A stretch of DNA of 64,000 nucleotides. Origin: an uncultured Gammaproteobacteria bacterium (GTDB lineage: Bacteria; Pseudomonadota; Gammaproteobacteria; Magnimaribacterales; Magnimaribacteraceae). Shown piece after piece: positions 9,383-19,783 of this stretch (positions are counted from its first letter, which is position 1; the number at the start of each line of letters is the position of its first letter). The translations under genes and the position numbers were made by a program. The stretch spans positions 302 to 64,301 of the forward strand of contig CAZMZZ010000002.1 of the NCBI GenBank assembly GCA_964571215.1, read 5' to 3'. Under the pieces are notes generated by a model that searched no databases, was not told the origin of the DNA, and worked only from the letters and a program-made list of their open reading frames with translations.

Positions 9383-11530
9383 ATGAAGTCAATAAACGCA
9401 TTAGAAAAAAAAATCTCTGATTATCTTTCTTCAAAAGAAGTTAATCAGGTCCTAAAGGCCTACAGTTACGCCCAAAAGGCACACTCAGGACAATATAGAC
9501 TAAGCGGAGAACCTTATGTTAGTCACCCGCTTGCTGTAGCAAATATTTTAAGCTCTTTGAAAATGGACCAAGATACTCTTTCTGCAGCCCTACTTCATGA
9601 TGTCATAGAAGATACAGGATCTACTAAATTAGGTATAAAAAAAGAATTTAATATAAATGTAGCCAACTTAGTCGATGGGGTAAGTAAGCTTGACAAACTA
9701 GATATACAGTCTGCAACAGAAATCCAAGCAGAAAATTTTCAAAAGATGGTTCTTGCTATGTCGAAGGATATAAGGGTAGTTGTGTTAAAACTTGCTGATA
9801 GATTGCACAACATGCGTACCATCCATTTCCTTGAGAGAAATAAACAGCTTCTTATTGCTAGAGAAACTTTAGAAATATATGGAAACTTAGCCCACCGAAT
9901 AGGAATGAATAATATTTATAGAGAATTAGAAGATTTAGCATTTAAGACAATATATCCAACTAGATATTCTCTTCTTTTATCTTCAATTAGAAAGAACAGA
10001 GGAGGACAAAAAAGAATATTAAAAAAAATAGAAAAAAAATTGCAGAAAAGATTCTTAGAACAGGGAGTTCCAGCTTATGTAGAAGGAAGAGAAAAACATA
10101 TTTATAGTATTTATAGGAAGATGAAGGAAAGACGCAGGTCTTTTCAAGAGATTATGGATGTCTACGCCTTCAAGGTGGTTGTTGATACTCCAGAGAATTG
10201 TTATAAAGCAATTGGCTCTGTACACAGCCTATATAAACCAATAGAAGGAAGATTTAAAGATTATATAGCTATGCCTAAATCCAATGGTTACCAATCTGTT
10301 CATACTGGTGTCATAGGAGATGATGGCCAACCAATTGAAGTACAAATAAAAACTGAAGAAATGAATGAAGTTGCAGAAAACGGCATTGCATCTCATTGGA
10401 TTTATAAATCAGGTAATAAAGCTTCTGTAAATCCACAAAATAAGGCAAGAAGATGGGTAGCTGGATTATTAGAAATGAGAGAAAATTCTGATAACTCAAA
10501 AGACTTTATAGAATCTGTTAAAACAGATATTTTTCCTGATGAGATTTATGTTTTTACTCCTGAAGGGGAAATTGTTGAGATGAATGCAGGATCAACACCC
10601 ATTGACTTTGCTTTTGCTGTTCATACAGATGTGGGTCTTCATTGTAAAGCATGCAGAATAAACAGAAAATTAGCACCTTTAAGTGTTCCTCTAGAAAGTG
10701 GTCAAACAGTAGAAATTATCACTGATTCCTTCCCGCAAACTACTCCAACTTGGCTCAATTTTGTAAGAACAACACGTGCTAGAAACAGAATAAGAAACTA
10801 TTTAAGAAATTTGAAGACTTCAGAAGCTAGAAAATTGGGGAAAAGATTTTTAGAGCAACACCTTTCTTTATCAAACCTTAAACTTAAAGAGATAGATAAA
10901 AAGGATCTAAGGGAAGCTTTAGATGCTATAAGTGTAAGAAGCTTGAACCGTCTTTTAGAGGAAATTGGACTGGGAAAAAGAGTAGGTAATATCGCCGCGC
11001 AACAAATTTCAGGATATTTAAATAAAGACAGATCAAAAAAAAGCAACAGGATCATACCTCTTGAAATCAGGGGGTCAGAGGGTTTGGTAGTGAATTACGC
11101 TACTTGCTGTAGACCAATCCCAGGAGATTCGGTTATAGGCCATATTACAAATGAAAGGGGTTTGGTAGTTCACCAAGAAAGATGTAGAAATATTTTACCC
11201 ATAAGAAAGGACCCTAAACAGTGTTTCCCTGTTAATTGGCATGATGAACTTAATAACTATTTCTCAACACAAATAAAAGTAGTAGCTAAAGATGAACCCG
11301 GGCTCCTTGCCTCTGTTTCCTCTATTATCTCAAGTCTAGAAACAAATATAGAATCGTTAGAGGTATCTCCTGACTTAGTATCTGGTACTTCTAATTTTAT
11401 ATTTGGTCTTCAGGTAACGGACAGAACTCATTTAGCAAAACTAATAAGAAATCTCAGGTCTATGCCTTCAATCATGTCAGCAACTAGAATTCATGATCAA
11501 GAAAAAAGAGATGAAAAGATATTGCACTAA
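9383..11530 (+). CDS. spoT: bifunctional (p)ppGpp synthetase/hydrolase
   Basis: HD hydrolase motif (HPLAVA..HDVIEDT), a RelA/SpoT synthetase region, and TGS and ACT-like C-terminal domains. It follows rpoZ. Confidence 0.9.
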   Translation: MKSINALEKKISDYLSSKEVNQVLKAYSYAQKAHSGQYRLSGEPYVSHPLAVANILSSLKMDQDTLSAALLHDVIEDTGSTKLGIKKEFNINVANLVDGVSKLDKLDIQSATEIQAENFQKMVLAMSKDIRVVVLKLADRLHNMRTIHFLERNKQLLIARETLEIYGNLAHRIGMNNIYRELEDLAFKTIYPTRYSLLLSSIRKNRGGQKRILKKIEKKLQKRFLEQGVPAYVEGREKHIYSIYRKMKERRRSFQEIMDVYAFKVVVDTPENCYKAIGSVHSLYKPIEGRFKDYIAMPKSNGYQSVHTGVIGDDGQPIEVQIKTEEMNEVAENGIASHWIYKSGNKASVNPQNKARRWVAGLLEMRENSDNSKDFIESVKTDIFPDEIYVFTPEGEIVEMNAGSTPIDFAFAVHTDVGLHCKACRINRKLAPLSVPLESGQTVEIITDSFPQTTPTWLNFVRTTRARNRIRNYLRNLKTSEARKLGKRFLEQHLSLSNLKLKEIDKKDLREALDAISVRSLNRLLEEIGLGKRVGNIAAQQISGYLNKDRSKKSNRIIPLEIRGSEGLVVNYATCCRPIPGDSVIGHITNERGLVVHQERCRNILPIRKDPKQCFPVNWHDELNNYFSTQIKVVAKDEPGLLASVSSIISSLETNIESLEVSPDLVSGTSNFIFGLQVTDRTHLAKLIRNLRSMPSIMSATRIHDQEKRDEKILH

Positions 11531-11541
11531 TAATTTAAATT

Positions 11542-11934
11542 ATGAAAAAAAGAATAAATACATCCAATGCTCCTAAAGCTTTGGGGACATACTCTCAAGC
11601 TATAGCTATAGCAAATACAATATATATCTCGGGACAAATTCCAATTGACCCAAAAACTTCAGAATTAGTAAAGGGTAAAGAAAATCAAATTATTCAAGTC
11701 TTAAAAAACCTAAAAGCTGTTTGTGAAGAAGCTAATGCCTCTTTAGATGATATTGTAAAACTTAATATTTATCTCCAAGACCTCTCGGTCTTCTCTTCAG
11801 TTAATGAGATCATGAAGGAATACTTTAAAGAACCTTATCCTGCAAGATCTACCATAGAAGTTGCAAAACTTCCTTTAAACGCTTTAATTGAAATTGAAGC
11901 TATTATTGTAAAAGAAGATCCTTATAGTTATTAG
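11542..11934 (+). CDS. ridA: RidA/YjgF family reactive-intermediate deaminase
   Basis: Motifs APKALGTYSQAI, IYISGQIP and ARSTIEVAKLP. Confidence 0.85.
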   Translation: MKKRINTSNAPKALGTYSQAIAIANTIYISGQIPIDPKTSELVKGKENQIIQVLKNLKAVCEEANASLDDIVKLNIYLQDLSVFSSVNEIMKEYFKEPYPARSTIEVAKLPLNALIEIEAIIVKEDPYSY

Positions 11935-11937
11935 TCT

Positions 11938-14022
11938 ATGCCCAAAGGCAAAAATAAAGACCACCCAATACAAGGGCTTAAAGGAGTGGGTCCCAAAATT
12001 GCTCAATTACTATCTAATCTTGGAATAGAGTTAATTGAAGATGCTGTATTTCATCTTCCGTACAGATATGAAGATAGAACCCAAATAACCAAAATCAGTG
12101 ATACTCCTTACGAATTACCAGTAGTCATAGAAGGAGAAATAATTAAATCTACTGTAATTTACAGAGGAAGAAGAATGTTAATCATAGAGATTTTTGACGG
12201 CTCTGGAAGAATCACTATGAGAATGTTCCATTTTGCTTTTGCTCAACAGAAAAATCTTAAAGAAGGTAATTTCATTAGATGCTTTGGAACTATAAGGCAA
12301 GGAAGGAGTGGGAAAGAAATGATACATCCCCAATATTCAGTATTTACTAAAGAAGAACCGCTTGAAATTGAAAAAAATCTAACCCCCATTTACCCCCTAA
12401 CTACCAACCTTCAACAAGGAAGAATAAGAAAAATTATTCAAAGTGCTTTATTTTATTGCGAACAAGAAAATCTATTAAAAGAAAAATGGGAAATAAATAC
12501 TGAGAATAATTTTGGTTACCTGCTAGAAGCCTTAGAATTTATTCATAACCCCCCTGCAGAGACAGATTTAGAAGCGCTTGCTGCAGCTCAACATCCTGCA
12601 CAAAGAAAATTAATAAAAGAAGAATTGATAGCTCATATCTTGTGTGCGGGTATGCTTAAAAAAGAAACAGAAAAAAAAATAGGCCCTTGTTTAAAAAGTT
12701 CTTCATCAAAAGAAGAGGATTTTATTAACTCTCTTGGATTTTCTCTTACAAAAGCCCAAATTAAGGTGTGGGGAGAGATAAAAAATGACCTTGGTAAAGA
12801 AACCCCTATGAGAAGACTTCTGCAAGGTGATGTGGGTTCAGGAAAAACAGTCATATCCGCCCTAGCTGCGCTACAAGCAAAACAAAATGGCTATCAAACT
12901 GCTTTTATGTGCCCATCAGAACTACTCTCAGTTCAGCATTATGAAAATATATCAAATTGGTTTAGTAACCTAGATATCAATGTTGATATCTTATTAGGAT
13001 CTACAAAATCTAAAGACAGAAAAAAAATATTACAAGAATTGGGTAATGGAACGACTGACATACTTATAGGGACACATGCTCTCTTCCAGAAAGATGTAAT
13101 TTTTAGAAATATGGGTTTAACTATTATTGATGAACAGCACAGATTTGGTGTACACCAACGCTTTTCATTGCTCGAAAAAGGTTCAAACTCCCAACAAAGT
13201 CCTCATCAACTTATTATGACTGCTACACCAATCCCAAGAACCCTTTCTATGACAGTTTATGGTTCTTTGGAAACTTCGATAATAGATGAACTACCACCTG
13301 GAAGAATTCCTGTAAAAACATACTCAAGACCTAATTCTATGAGGAAGAAGGTAATTAAACGCGTAGAAGAAGTTTGCTTAGAAGGACAAAGAGCTTACTG
13401 GGTTTGTACGCTCATTGAATTATCAGATGAACTAGAAGCACAAGCAGCAGAAGAGTTGTTTAAAGAAATAAGTGATCAAATACCAAAAATTAAAGTGGGT
13501 TTAGTCCATGGTCGTCTTAATAAAGAAGAAAAACAGAAAGTAATAGATAAATTTAGAAAAGGTCAAATACAACTTTTAGTTTGTACAACGGTTATAGAGG
13601 TTGGTATGGATATTCCAGAAGCCTCTTTGATGATTATTGAGAATCCAGAAAGGCTTGGCTTAGCACAATTACATCAACTTAGAGGAAGAGTGGGAAGAAA
13701 AGCAAACACACCTTCCAACTGCCTCCTGCTTTATAAAGACCCCCTATCTGCATTAGCTCAAGAGAGAATCAGTACCATGGAAAAAACTAATGATGGTTTT
13801 GTGATAGCAGAAAAAGATCTTGAACTCAGGGGCGGGGGCGATATTCATGGATTAAAACAGTCGGGCCTCATGAACCTAAAAATTGCTAATCCGATAAGAG
13901 ATTCTGATCTTTTAGAGTCGGCTCAAAAGGAAGCATTCTTAATTGCCAAGAAGAATGAGAAGCAGGCCAAAATACTGATCAATAGATGGATAGGTAGCAG
14001 GCAGGATTACTCAGATGCATAA
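11938..14022 (+). CDS. recG: ATP-dependent DNA helicase RecG
   Basis: Walker A GDVGSGKT, IIDEQHRFG and QLHQLRGRVGR. Length is 694 aa. Confidence 0.95.
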   Translation: MPKGKNKDHPIQGLKGVGPKIAQLLSNLGIELIEDAVFHLPYRYEDRTQITKISDTPYELPVVIEGEIIKSTVIYRGRRMLIIEIFDGSGRITMRMFHFAFAQQKNLKEGNFIRCFGTIRQGRSGKEMIHPQYSVFTKEEPLEIEKNLTPIYPLTTNLQQGRIRKIIQSALFYCEQENLLKEKWEINTENNFGYLLEALEFIHNPPAETDLEALAAAQHPAQRKLIKEELIAHILCAGMLKKETEKKIGPCLKSSSSKEEDFINSLGFSLTKAQIKVWGEIKNDLGKETPMRRLLQGDVGSGKTVISALAALQAKQNGYQTAFMCPSELLSVQHYENISNWFSNLDINVDILLGSTKSKDRKKILQELGNGTTDILIGTHALFQKDVIFRNMGLTIIDEQHRFGVHQRFSLLEKGSNSQQSPHQLIMTATPIPRTLSMTVYGSLETSIIDELPPGRIPVKTYSRPNSMRKKVIKRVEEVCLEGQRAYWVCTLIELSDELEAQAAEELFKEISDQIPKIKVGLVHGRLNKEEKQKVIDKFRKGQIQLLVCTTVIEVGMDIPEASLMIIENPERLGLAQLHQLRGRVGRKANTPSNCLLLYKDPLSALAQERISTMEKTNDGFVIAEKDLELRGGGDIHGLKQSGLMNLKIANPIRDSDLLESAQKEAFLIAKKNEKQAKILINRWIGSRQDYSDA

Positions 14023-14044
14023 CTAACAAAGTATTTTTTGATTT

Positions 14045-14971
14045 TTATTTTTTTAAAATTAAAAAGACACGTTCAGGTCGGGGAAAGCCTTCTATTGTTT
14101 TAGTTAGCTGAGTATTTAGGGCTTCAGAAAATGATCTGAATGGCATCCAGTTAGTAGACCTTTGCTCTCTACTAGTGGTTTGGTAGGGTTTAGATATAGA
14201 AAGAATATTAAGGTTAGTCTTTCTAGCTAAACTCTTTAGTCCCTTTTTTGTGTGGACCAATCTAACATTTGGCATATTAGCGTAACTTCCTGGTGTCTTA
14301 AGCCCCTCTCCGTATTGATCTGGAGCTATTAATGTCTCTAGTATTATTCTTCCATCGTCCTTCAAATGAGACCTTAGTATCTCCATGTGTTTTTCTGGAT
14401 CTCGTTGATGGTATAAAACACCCATGCTGAAAATCAAATCAAAACACTTATCAGCAAAGCTTAGCTCCTCTATTCTCTCAGGGATCATTACAATATTATT
14501 TGATTTAATAAAATAGTTAATAGTTCTAAATTGAGTTAGATAAAGCAGGTTTGGTTCAAGGCAAACTACAAATTCTGCTCCTTCACCTAACATTCTAAAT
14601 CCGTAATACCCATTACCAGAACCAACATCCAGAATAGTTTTTTCTGATAAGTCTATATTAAGTTTTAAAAAACGTTTCCATTTCCAATCAGACCTCCACT
14701 CAGAATCAATAAAAATATCACCGATTTTAAAAGGTCCTTTTCTCCACGGAACTAGTTTAAGAAGCTGATCTTGAATTTTTTTCATTTCTTGTAAGCTCCA
14801 TTTCCCTGTAACTAAAACTTCTTTATCAAGTTTTGCTTTAAAAGAATGCGGTTTAGGAAGGGAAGGAATTATTTTATTCCACCCATCTATTCTCTTGTCT
14901 TTTTTACTTTCATAAATATTTTTATGATACTTATGAATAATCTCTGTCCAGTTTTTTGTAATTTCTAACAT
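14045..14971 (-). CDS. cmoB: tRNA U34 carboxymethyltransferase
   Basis: Motifs VPWRKGPF and SAM-MTase GSGNGYY. The start overlaps the cmoA stop as TAATG. Confidence 0.9.
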   Translation of the reverse strand: MLEITKNWTEIIHKYHKNIYESKKDKRIDGWNKIIPSLPKPHSFKAKLDKEVLVTGKWSLQEMKKIQDQLLKLVPWRKGPFKIGDIFIDSEWRSDWKWKRFLKLNIDLSEKTILDVGSGNGYYGFRMLGEGAEFVVCLEPNLLYLTQFRTINYFIKSNNIVMIPERIEELSFADKCFDLIFSMGVLYHQRDPEKHMEILRSHLKDDGRIILETLIAPDQYGEGLKTPGSYANMPNVRLVHTKKGLKSLARKTNLNILSISKPYQTTSREQRSTNWMPFRSFSEALNTQLTKTIEGFPRPERVFLILKK

Positions 14972-15702
14972 TATCTTTCAGCTATTAAAGTTATGAAATT
15001 TAGATTAGACATAACTTTTTTAACCCCTTTAAATCCTATTTTTCTTAATCTTTGTAGATGGAGAGCTTCAAGATCTGTAATAAGAACCCCTTCCAATGAA
15101 TCTCTTTTTGCTGAAATCTCCATTTTGGAATAGCCGTTTTTTAATTTAAATCTATCATAGATTCTATATATTGTTTGATTTTTTAGGGTATTATCAAAAT
15201 GTATCTTTTCTGAAATTATCAATATGCCGCCTTTCTTCATACCTTGAAAAATTCTTTTCAAAAGGGTCTCCCTTTTTTCAACCTCTAAAAACTGTAAAAC
15301 GAAATTAATTACCACTATAGAGGCTGTGTTAATTTTAATGTTATTAATATCTTCTTCTAAAAATTTTATCTTTCCGGACTTAATAAAATTAGAAAAACGG
15401 ATTTTGCTTTCTGAAATCATTGCATGAGAATTATCAACAGCAATTACCTGACCCTTTCTTTTCCCAATCCCCTTTAAGATACTTAAAGAGGATGCTCCTA
15501 AAGAGCATCCCAAATCATAACAATTAGTATCTGGTTGGAAGTAATAATCGGATAAATTTTTGATTAGTCTTAAGCTAGATTCATAACCTGGAACTGATCT
15601 ATCTATCATATCTTCAAAGACTTCTGCTACTTCTTGATTGAAAGAAAAGGGCAAGTCGTTAAAATTGCCATCTTTAAAGAGGTTGTCTTTCTTTTTCATC
15701 AT
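14971..15702 (-). CDS. cmoA: carboxy-S-adenosyl-L-methionine synthase
   Basis: FNQEVAEVFEDMIDRSVPGY closely resembles E. coli CmoA. DLGCSLG is also present. Confidence 0.9.
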   Translation of the reverse strand: MMKKKDNLFKDGNFNDLPFSFNQEVAEVFEDMIDRSVPGYESSLRLIKNLSDYYFQPDTNCYDLGCSLGASSLSILKGIGKRKGQVIAVDNSHAMISESKIRFSNFIKSGKIKFLEEDINNIKINTASIVVINFVLQFLEVEKRETLLKRIFQGMKKGGILIISEKIHFDNTLKNQTIYRIYDRFKLKNGYSKMEISAKRDSLEGVLITDLEALHLQRLRKIGFKGVKKVMSNLNFITLIAER

Positions 15703-15725
15703 AAGGATATATAAAATAGTATTTT

Positions 15726-16166
15726 ATGAATTACACCATTAAGTCGCCAGAAACTAAATCAGAATGGGATAAATATTTTAACTTCAGATGGGAGATGTTA
15801 AGAAAACCTCTGGGTATGCCAAAAGATACTTTAAAAGATAAACTAGAAGAGAAAAGTTACCATTTAATAGTATTAAGTCAAAACAATGAGGTAATAGGGA
15901 GTGGGAGATTGCATTTTAATAACTCCAAAGAGGGTCAAATAAGATATATGGCGGTAAATAATTCTTTTCAAAGACAGGGGCTTGGTTCTGAAATTGTTAA
16001 GGAGTTAGAACTTATAGCCAAAAAGAGAGGAATTAAAAGTATCATCTTAAATGCAAGAGAAAATGCCATTAATTTTTATCTATCATTGGGTTATAAAAAA
16101 TATAAGCCCTACGAGTCAGATACGGGGATACCCCATACTACTATGAAAAAATATCTAGGTAATTAA
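15726..16166 (+). CDS. GNAT family N-acetyltransferase
   Basis: 146 aa with acetyl-CoA motif A (QRQGLGSEIV). Confidence 0.75.
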   Translation: MNYTIKSPETKSEWDKYFNFRWEMLRKPLGMPKDTLKDKLEEKSYHLIVLSQNNEVIGSGRLHFNNSKEGQIRYMAVNNSFQRQGLGSEIVKELELIAKKRGIKSIILNARENAINFYLSLGYKKYKPYESDTGIPHTTMKKYLGN

Positions 16167-18157
16167 AGTAATGGTGCTATTACTAAACTAACAATAGCCA
16201 TAACATTAATTAATATATTCATTGATGGTCCAGAAGTATCTTTAAAAGGATCACCTACAGTATCACCAACAACTGTCGCTGCATGAGTATCAGTTCCTTT
16301 TCCACCTAAATTGCCTTTTTCTATATATTTCTTAGCATTGTCCCAAGCACCACCAGCATTGGCCATCATTAAAGCTAAAAGAACACAGCCCAAAAGACCT
16401 CCACCAAGCATTCCTCCCAGTGACTCAGCGCTTATAAGAAAACCTACAGCTGGCGGAGCGCTAACTGCAATAATGCCAGGAATTAACATTTTCTTTAAAG
16501 CTGCAGTTGTTGCTATATCTACACATTTTTCAGTATCAGGTTCAGCTTTTCCTTCAAGCAATCCTGGTATCTCTTTAAATTGTCTTCTTATCTCATTAAT
16601 CATCTCAAAAGCTGCATCTCCTACGGCTGTCATAGTAATAGATGCAATTAGAAAAGGTATAGCTCCACCAATGAACATACCAACTAATACCATGGGATCA
16701 GAAAGAAGTAATACAAATTCTTCTCCCCTGTTGTAAGAAACAGTCTCAACAAATGCTGCTATTATTGCTAGAGCTGCAAGGGCTGCAGCTCCTATAGCAA
16801 ATCCTTTTCCTATTGCTGCTGTAGTATTTCCCTGTTCATCTAATTCATCAGTTATCTTCCTTGTTTCTTCTGGCATACCCGCCATCTCTGCTATACCACC
16901 AGCATTGTCTGCTACTGGGCCGTATGCATCTATAGCCATTGTAATTCCTACAGTAGATAACATACCTACAGCTGCTATCCCAACACCATATAAACCGGTT
17001 AAGGAAGTAGAGATAAATATAATAATAGCTATAACACCTATGGGGATAACTACAGACTGCATTCCTACGGCCAAACCTGTAATCATGACAGTAGCTGGGC
17101 CAGTTTCACCTGACTTGGCAATTTTTTTGACTGGAGTAGAACCTGTGTAATACTCAGTTACTAAGCCTATAAGAATACCTCCAACAGCACCCGTAAGTAC
17201 CGCTAACCAAACATTAACCCCTTCATTGCCTAGAAATGCCATGTCCGTTATTAAAAAATAGGCCGCTACTACAAAAATAACTGGACCTCCAATAGTACCG
17301 GTCCTCATAGCTGCACCAGGAGAAAGACTAGAAAAAAGCCTTACTATTATTATTCCTATAACTGATGCTACTAAGCCAAGAGAGGTAAGTGCAAGGGGTA
17401 AAAACATCATTACAGCGCTTCCTAAAGTGGCCGCTATAGCAATTGAAGCTATCATAGAACCACAATAAGATTCAAAAATATCCGATCCCATACCCGCTAT
17501 GTCTCCAACATTATCTCCTACATTATCAGCTATTACTCCTGGGTTCCGTGGATCATCTTCGGGGATACCTGCTTCTATTTTTCCTACTAAATCTGCTCCT
17601 ACGTCTGCACTTTTTGTATAAATTCCGCCTCCTACACGAGAAAAAAGAGCAACACTAGAAGCACCCATTCCAAAACCTTCAATTGAATGTGCAGTCTGAG
17701 GATCGCCTCCAAAAAATAGATAAAGGGAGCCGAGACCAATTAAACCTAATGAAGCCACACACAATCCCATTATTGAACCGCCAAAGAATGCTACTGAAAG
17801 TGCGGCATCAGCTCCCCTTTCTGAAGCTGCAGTTGCAGTTCTTACATTAGCTTTTGTTGCTGAATACATTCCTAGCCAACCTGCAATAGCTGATGATAAA
17901 GCTCCAGCTAAAACAGCGGTTGCCGTGCCTGTACCTAAAGCCCACCAACTTAAGAGAATTAAAACAAGAACAAATAAAAATAAATAAGAGTACTCTCGTC
18001 TCATAAATACCATTGCTCCTAAATGAATTTGATCACCAATTTTTTTTACCTTTGGATCTCCCTCTGGATATCTATTAACTACAATAAAAATTCCTAGTGC
18101 TATTAAAAGCCCCAATATCCCCAGTATGGGTGGTAGTATTAAATAAGATTCGATCAT
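16163..18157 (-). CDS. hppA: membrane-bound ion-translocating pyrophosphatase (K+-dependent type signature)
   Basis: 664 aa and polytopic. Motifs DNVGDNVGD and [14 protein letters not shown], with Ala rather than Lys at the K+-dependence position. GGAGG Shine-Dalgarno upstream. Confidence 0.95.
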   Translation of the reverse strand: MIESYLILPPILGILGLLIALGIFIVVNRYPEGDPKVKKIGDQIHLGAMVFMRREYSYLFLFVLVLILLSWWALGTGTATAVLAGALSSAIAGWLGMYSATKANVRTATAASERGADAALSVAFFGGSIMGLCVASLGLIGLGSLYLFFGGDPQTAHSIEGFGMGASSVALFSRVGGGIYTKSADVGADLVGKIEAGIPEDDPRNPGVIADNVGDNVGDIAGMGSDIFESYCGSMIASIAIAATLGSAVMMFLPLALTSLGLVASVIGIIIVRLFSSLSPGAAMRTGTIGGPVIFVVAAYFLITDMAFLGNEGVNVWLAVLTGAVGGILIGLVTEYYTGSTPVKKIAKSGETGPATVMITGLAVGMQSVVIPIGVIAIIIFISTSLTGLYGVGIAAVGMLSTVGITMAIDAYGPVADNAGGIAEMAGMPEETRKITDELDEQGNTTAAIGKGFAIGAAALAALAIIAAFVETVSYNRGEEFVLLLSDPMVLVGMFIGGAIPFLIASITMTAVGDAAFEMINEIRRQFKEIPGLLEGKAEPDTEKCVDIATTAALKKMLIPGIIAVSAPPAVGFLISAESLGGMLGGGLLGCVLLALMMANAGGAWDNAKKYIEKGNLGGKGTDTHAATVVGDTVGDPFKDTSGPSMNILINVMAIVSLVIAPLL

Positions 18158-18246
18158 CTTTCCTCCATTAGATTGATAGAACCAACTTGCTTAGTTGCTT
18201 TATTGAATGAACGAAAGTCTACTTGAATCATAAATTAAATAAAACA

Positions 18247-19509
18247 CTAATTTTTAGAAAGAAATACGCTGCTATCAAATTGGTTTTCTGATTTTCCAAC
18301 TATGCAAGAAACCATAGCATCTCCACAAACATTTACAGCAGTTCTTGTCATGTCTAAAAGTCTATCGACACCAATAATAAGAGCTATTCCTTCTACAGGT
18401 AGCCCAACTTGCTCTAGTACCATTGCTAACATTATTAAGCCTACACCCGGGACACCGGCTGTTCCAATAGAAGCAAGAGTTGCTGTCACTATTACCATTA
18501 AATATCCTAATAGAGAAATGTCTATGTTGTATGCTTGAGATATAAAAACTGTAGCTACCCCCTGCATGATTGCTGTTCCATCCATATTTATAGTTGCTCC
18601 CAAGGGTACAGTAAAAGAGCTTACAGGAGATTTAACTCCTAACTTGTCCCTAACTGCTTGTAGAGTTACAGGCATAGTTGCGCTGCTTGAAGAAGTGCTA
18701 AATGCAAACAAAGCAACTGATTTCATCTTGTTGAAGAATGTTAAAGGGTTGAGCCTTGCAATAAAAGATACAAAAACTCCATAAGTAAAAAGACCATGAA
18801 AAATTAAAACCCCTAAGAGTAAAAAAAAGTATTTAGCGAGATCTCCTATCACTCCTATTCCTTGAGTGGCAAAAAGAGTAATCAATAGAGAAAACACTCC
18901 ATATGGGGCTAGCTCTATAAGAATAGTAACTAGTCTCAAAATGACTTGATTTAGTCTTTCAAAGGTTTTTTGGAGAGGCGTAGTAAACTCCCCTGAACTT
19001 TTTAGCGCGACCCCAAAAAGAAGAGAGAAAATTATTATTTGAAGCATATTCCCTTCCGCCATGGCTGCTATGGGATTAGTGGGAAAAATCCCTATTATTA
19101 CCTGTTTCAAGCCTGGGGCTGGATTGGGTTCAAATGCTTTAGGAAGAGACATGTCAATTCCAACTCCAGGCTGAAAAAGTATTGCAAAGCTTAAAGCCAG
19201 AGAGATTGCAATTGCGGTAGTTAGCAAATAAAGCCCGAGAGTTTTTATAGTTATCCTTCCTATTTGAGAGGTAGAACTTATTGACACAACACCACAAACT
19301 AAAGAAAAGAATACTAAAGGAACTATAAGTAGTCTTAAGGAGGCAATAAATATTTGTCCTACAATATCAAAAAAACCGTTAGCTAGAATTTCTAAAAGAA
19401 AATAATCTAAATAGGGTTCTAAAATAGCCTGATCATGGGTTAGCTTTAAAAAAGAGCCTAGGAATATTCCCAAGACCATAGCAATGACTATTCTAGAAGT
19501 AAGGGTCAT
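18247..19509 (-). CDS. dicarboxylate/amino acid:cation symporter (DAACS family)
   Basis: DAACS motifs AFSTSSSSATMP, GATINMDGTA and VDRLLDMTRTAVNVCGD. Confidence 0.85.
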   Translation of the reverse strand: MTLTSRIVIAMVLGIFLGSFLKLTHDQAILEPYLDYFLLEILANGFFDIVGQIFIASLRLLIVPLVFFSLVCGVVSISSTSQIGRITIKTLGLYLLTTAIAISLALSFAILFQPGVGIDMSLPKAFEPNPAPGLKQVIIGIFPTNPIAAMAEGNMLQIIIFSLLFGVALKSSGEFTTPLQKTFERLNQVILRLVTILIELAPYGVFSLLITLFATQGIGVIGDLAKYFFLLLGVLIFHGLFTYGVFVSFIARLNPLTFFNKMKSVALFAFSTSSSSATMPVTLQAVRDKLGVKSPVSSFTVPLGATINMDGTAIMQGVATVFISQAYNIDISLLGYLMVIVTATLASIGTAGVPGVGLIMLAMVLEQVGLPVEGIALIIGVDRLLDMTRTAVNVCGDAMVSCIVGKSENQFDSSVFLSKN

Positions 19510-19510
19510 T

Positions 19511-19678
19511 TCAGTTGACTTCCACCATTTCGAAATCTTCTTTACCTACACCACAATCCGGGCATATCCAATCTTCAGGAACATTTTCCCAAGCAGTGCC
19601 TGGCTCTATTCCTTCATCGGGCAAACCTTCTTCTTCATCATAAATGAAGCCACAGACTATACATTCCCATTTTTTCAC
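19511..19678 (-). CDS. rubredoxin (55 aa, GTG start; absent from the ORF track)
   Basis: My own translation gives (M)[54 protein letters not shown]. Both CxxC pairs are present. GGAG lies 9 nt upstream of the GTG, and an in-frame TAA lies 7 codons upstream. The stop is 1 nt from the transporter ATG. Confidence 0.85.
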   Translation of the reverse strand: MKKWECIVCGFIYDEEEGLPDEGIEPGTAWENVPEDWICPDCGVGKEDFEMVEVN

Positions 19679-19783
19679 TGTTCTAATCTCCGTAATTATT
19701 TAAAAATGCGACATTCTAACTCAACTTTATTTAAAACCTGGACTAAAGTATCTATAAATAAGTAATTTTTTATATTAAAAATC

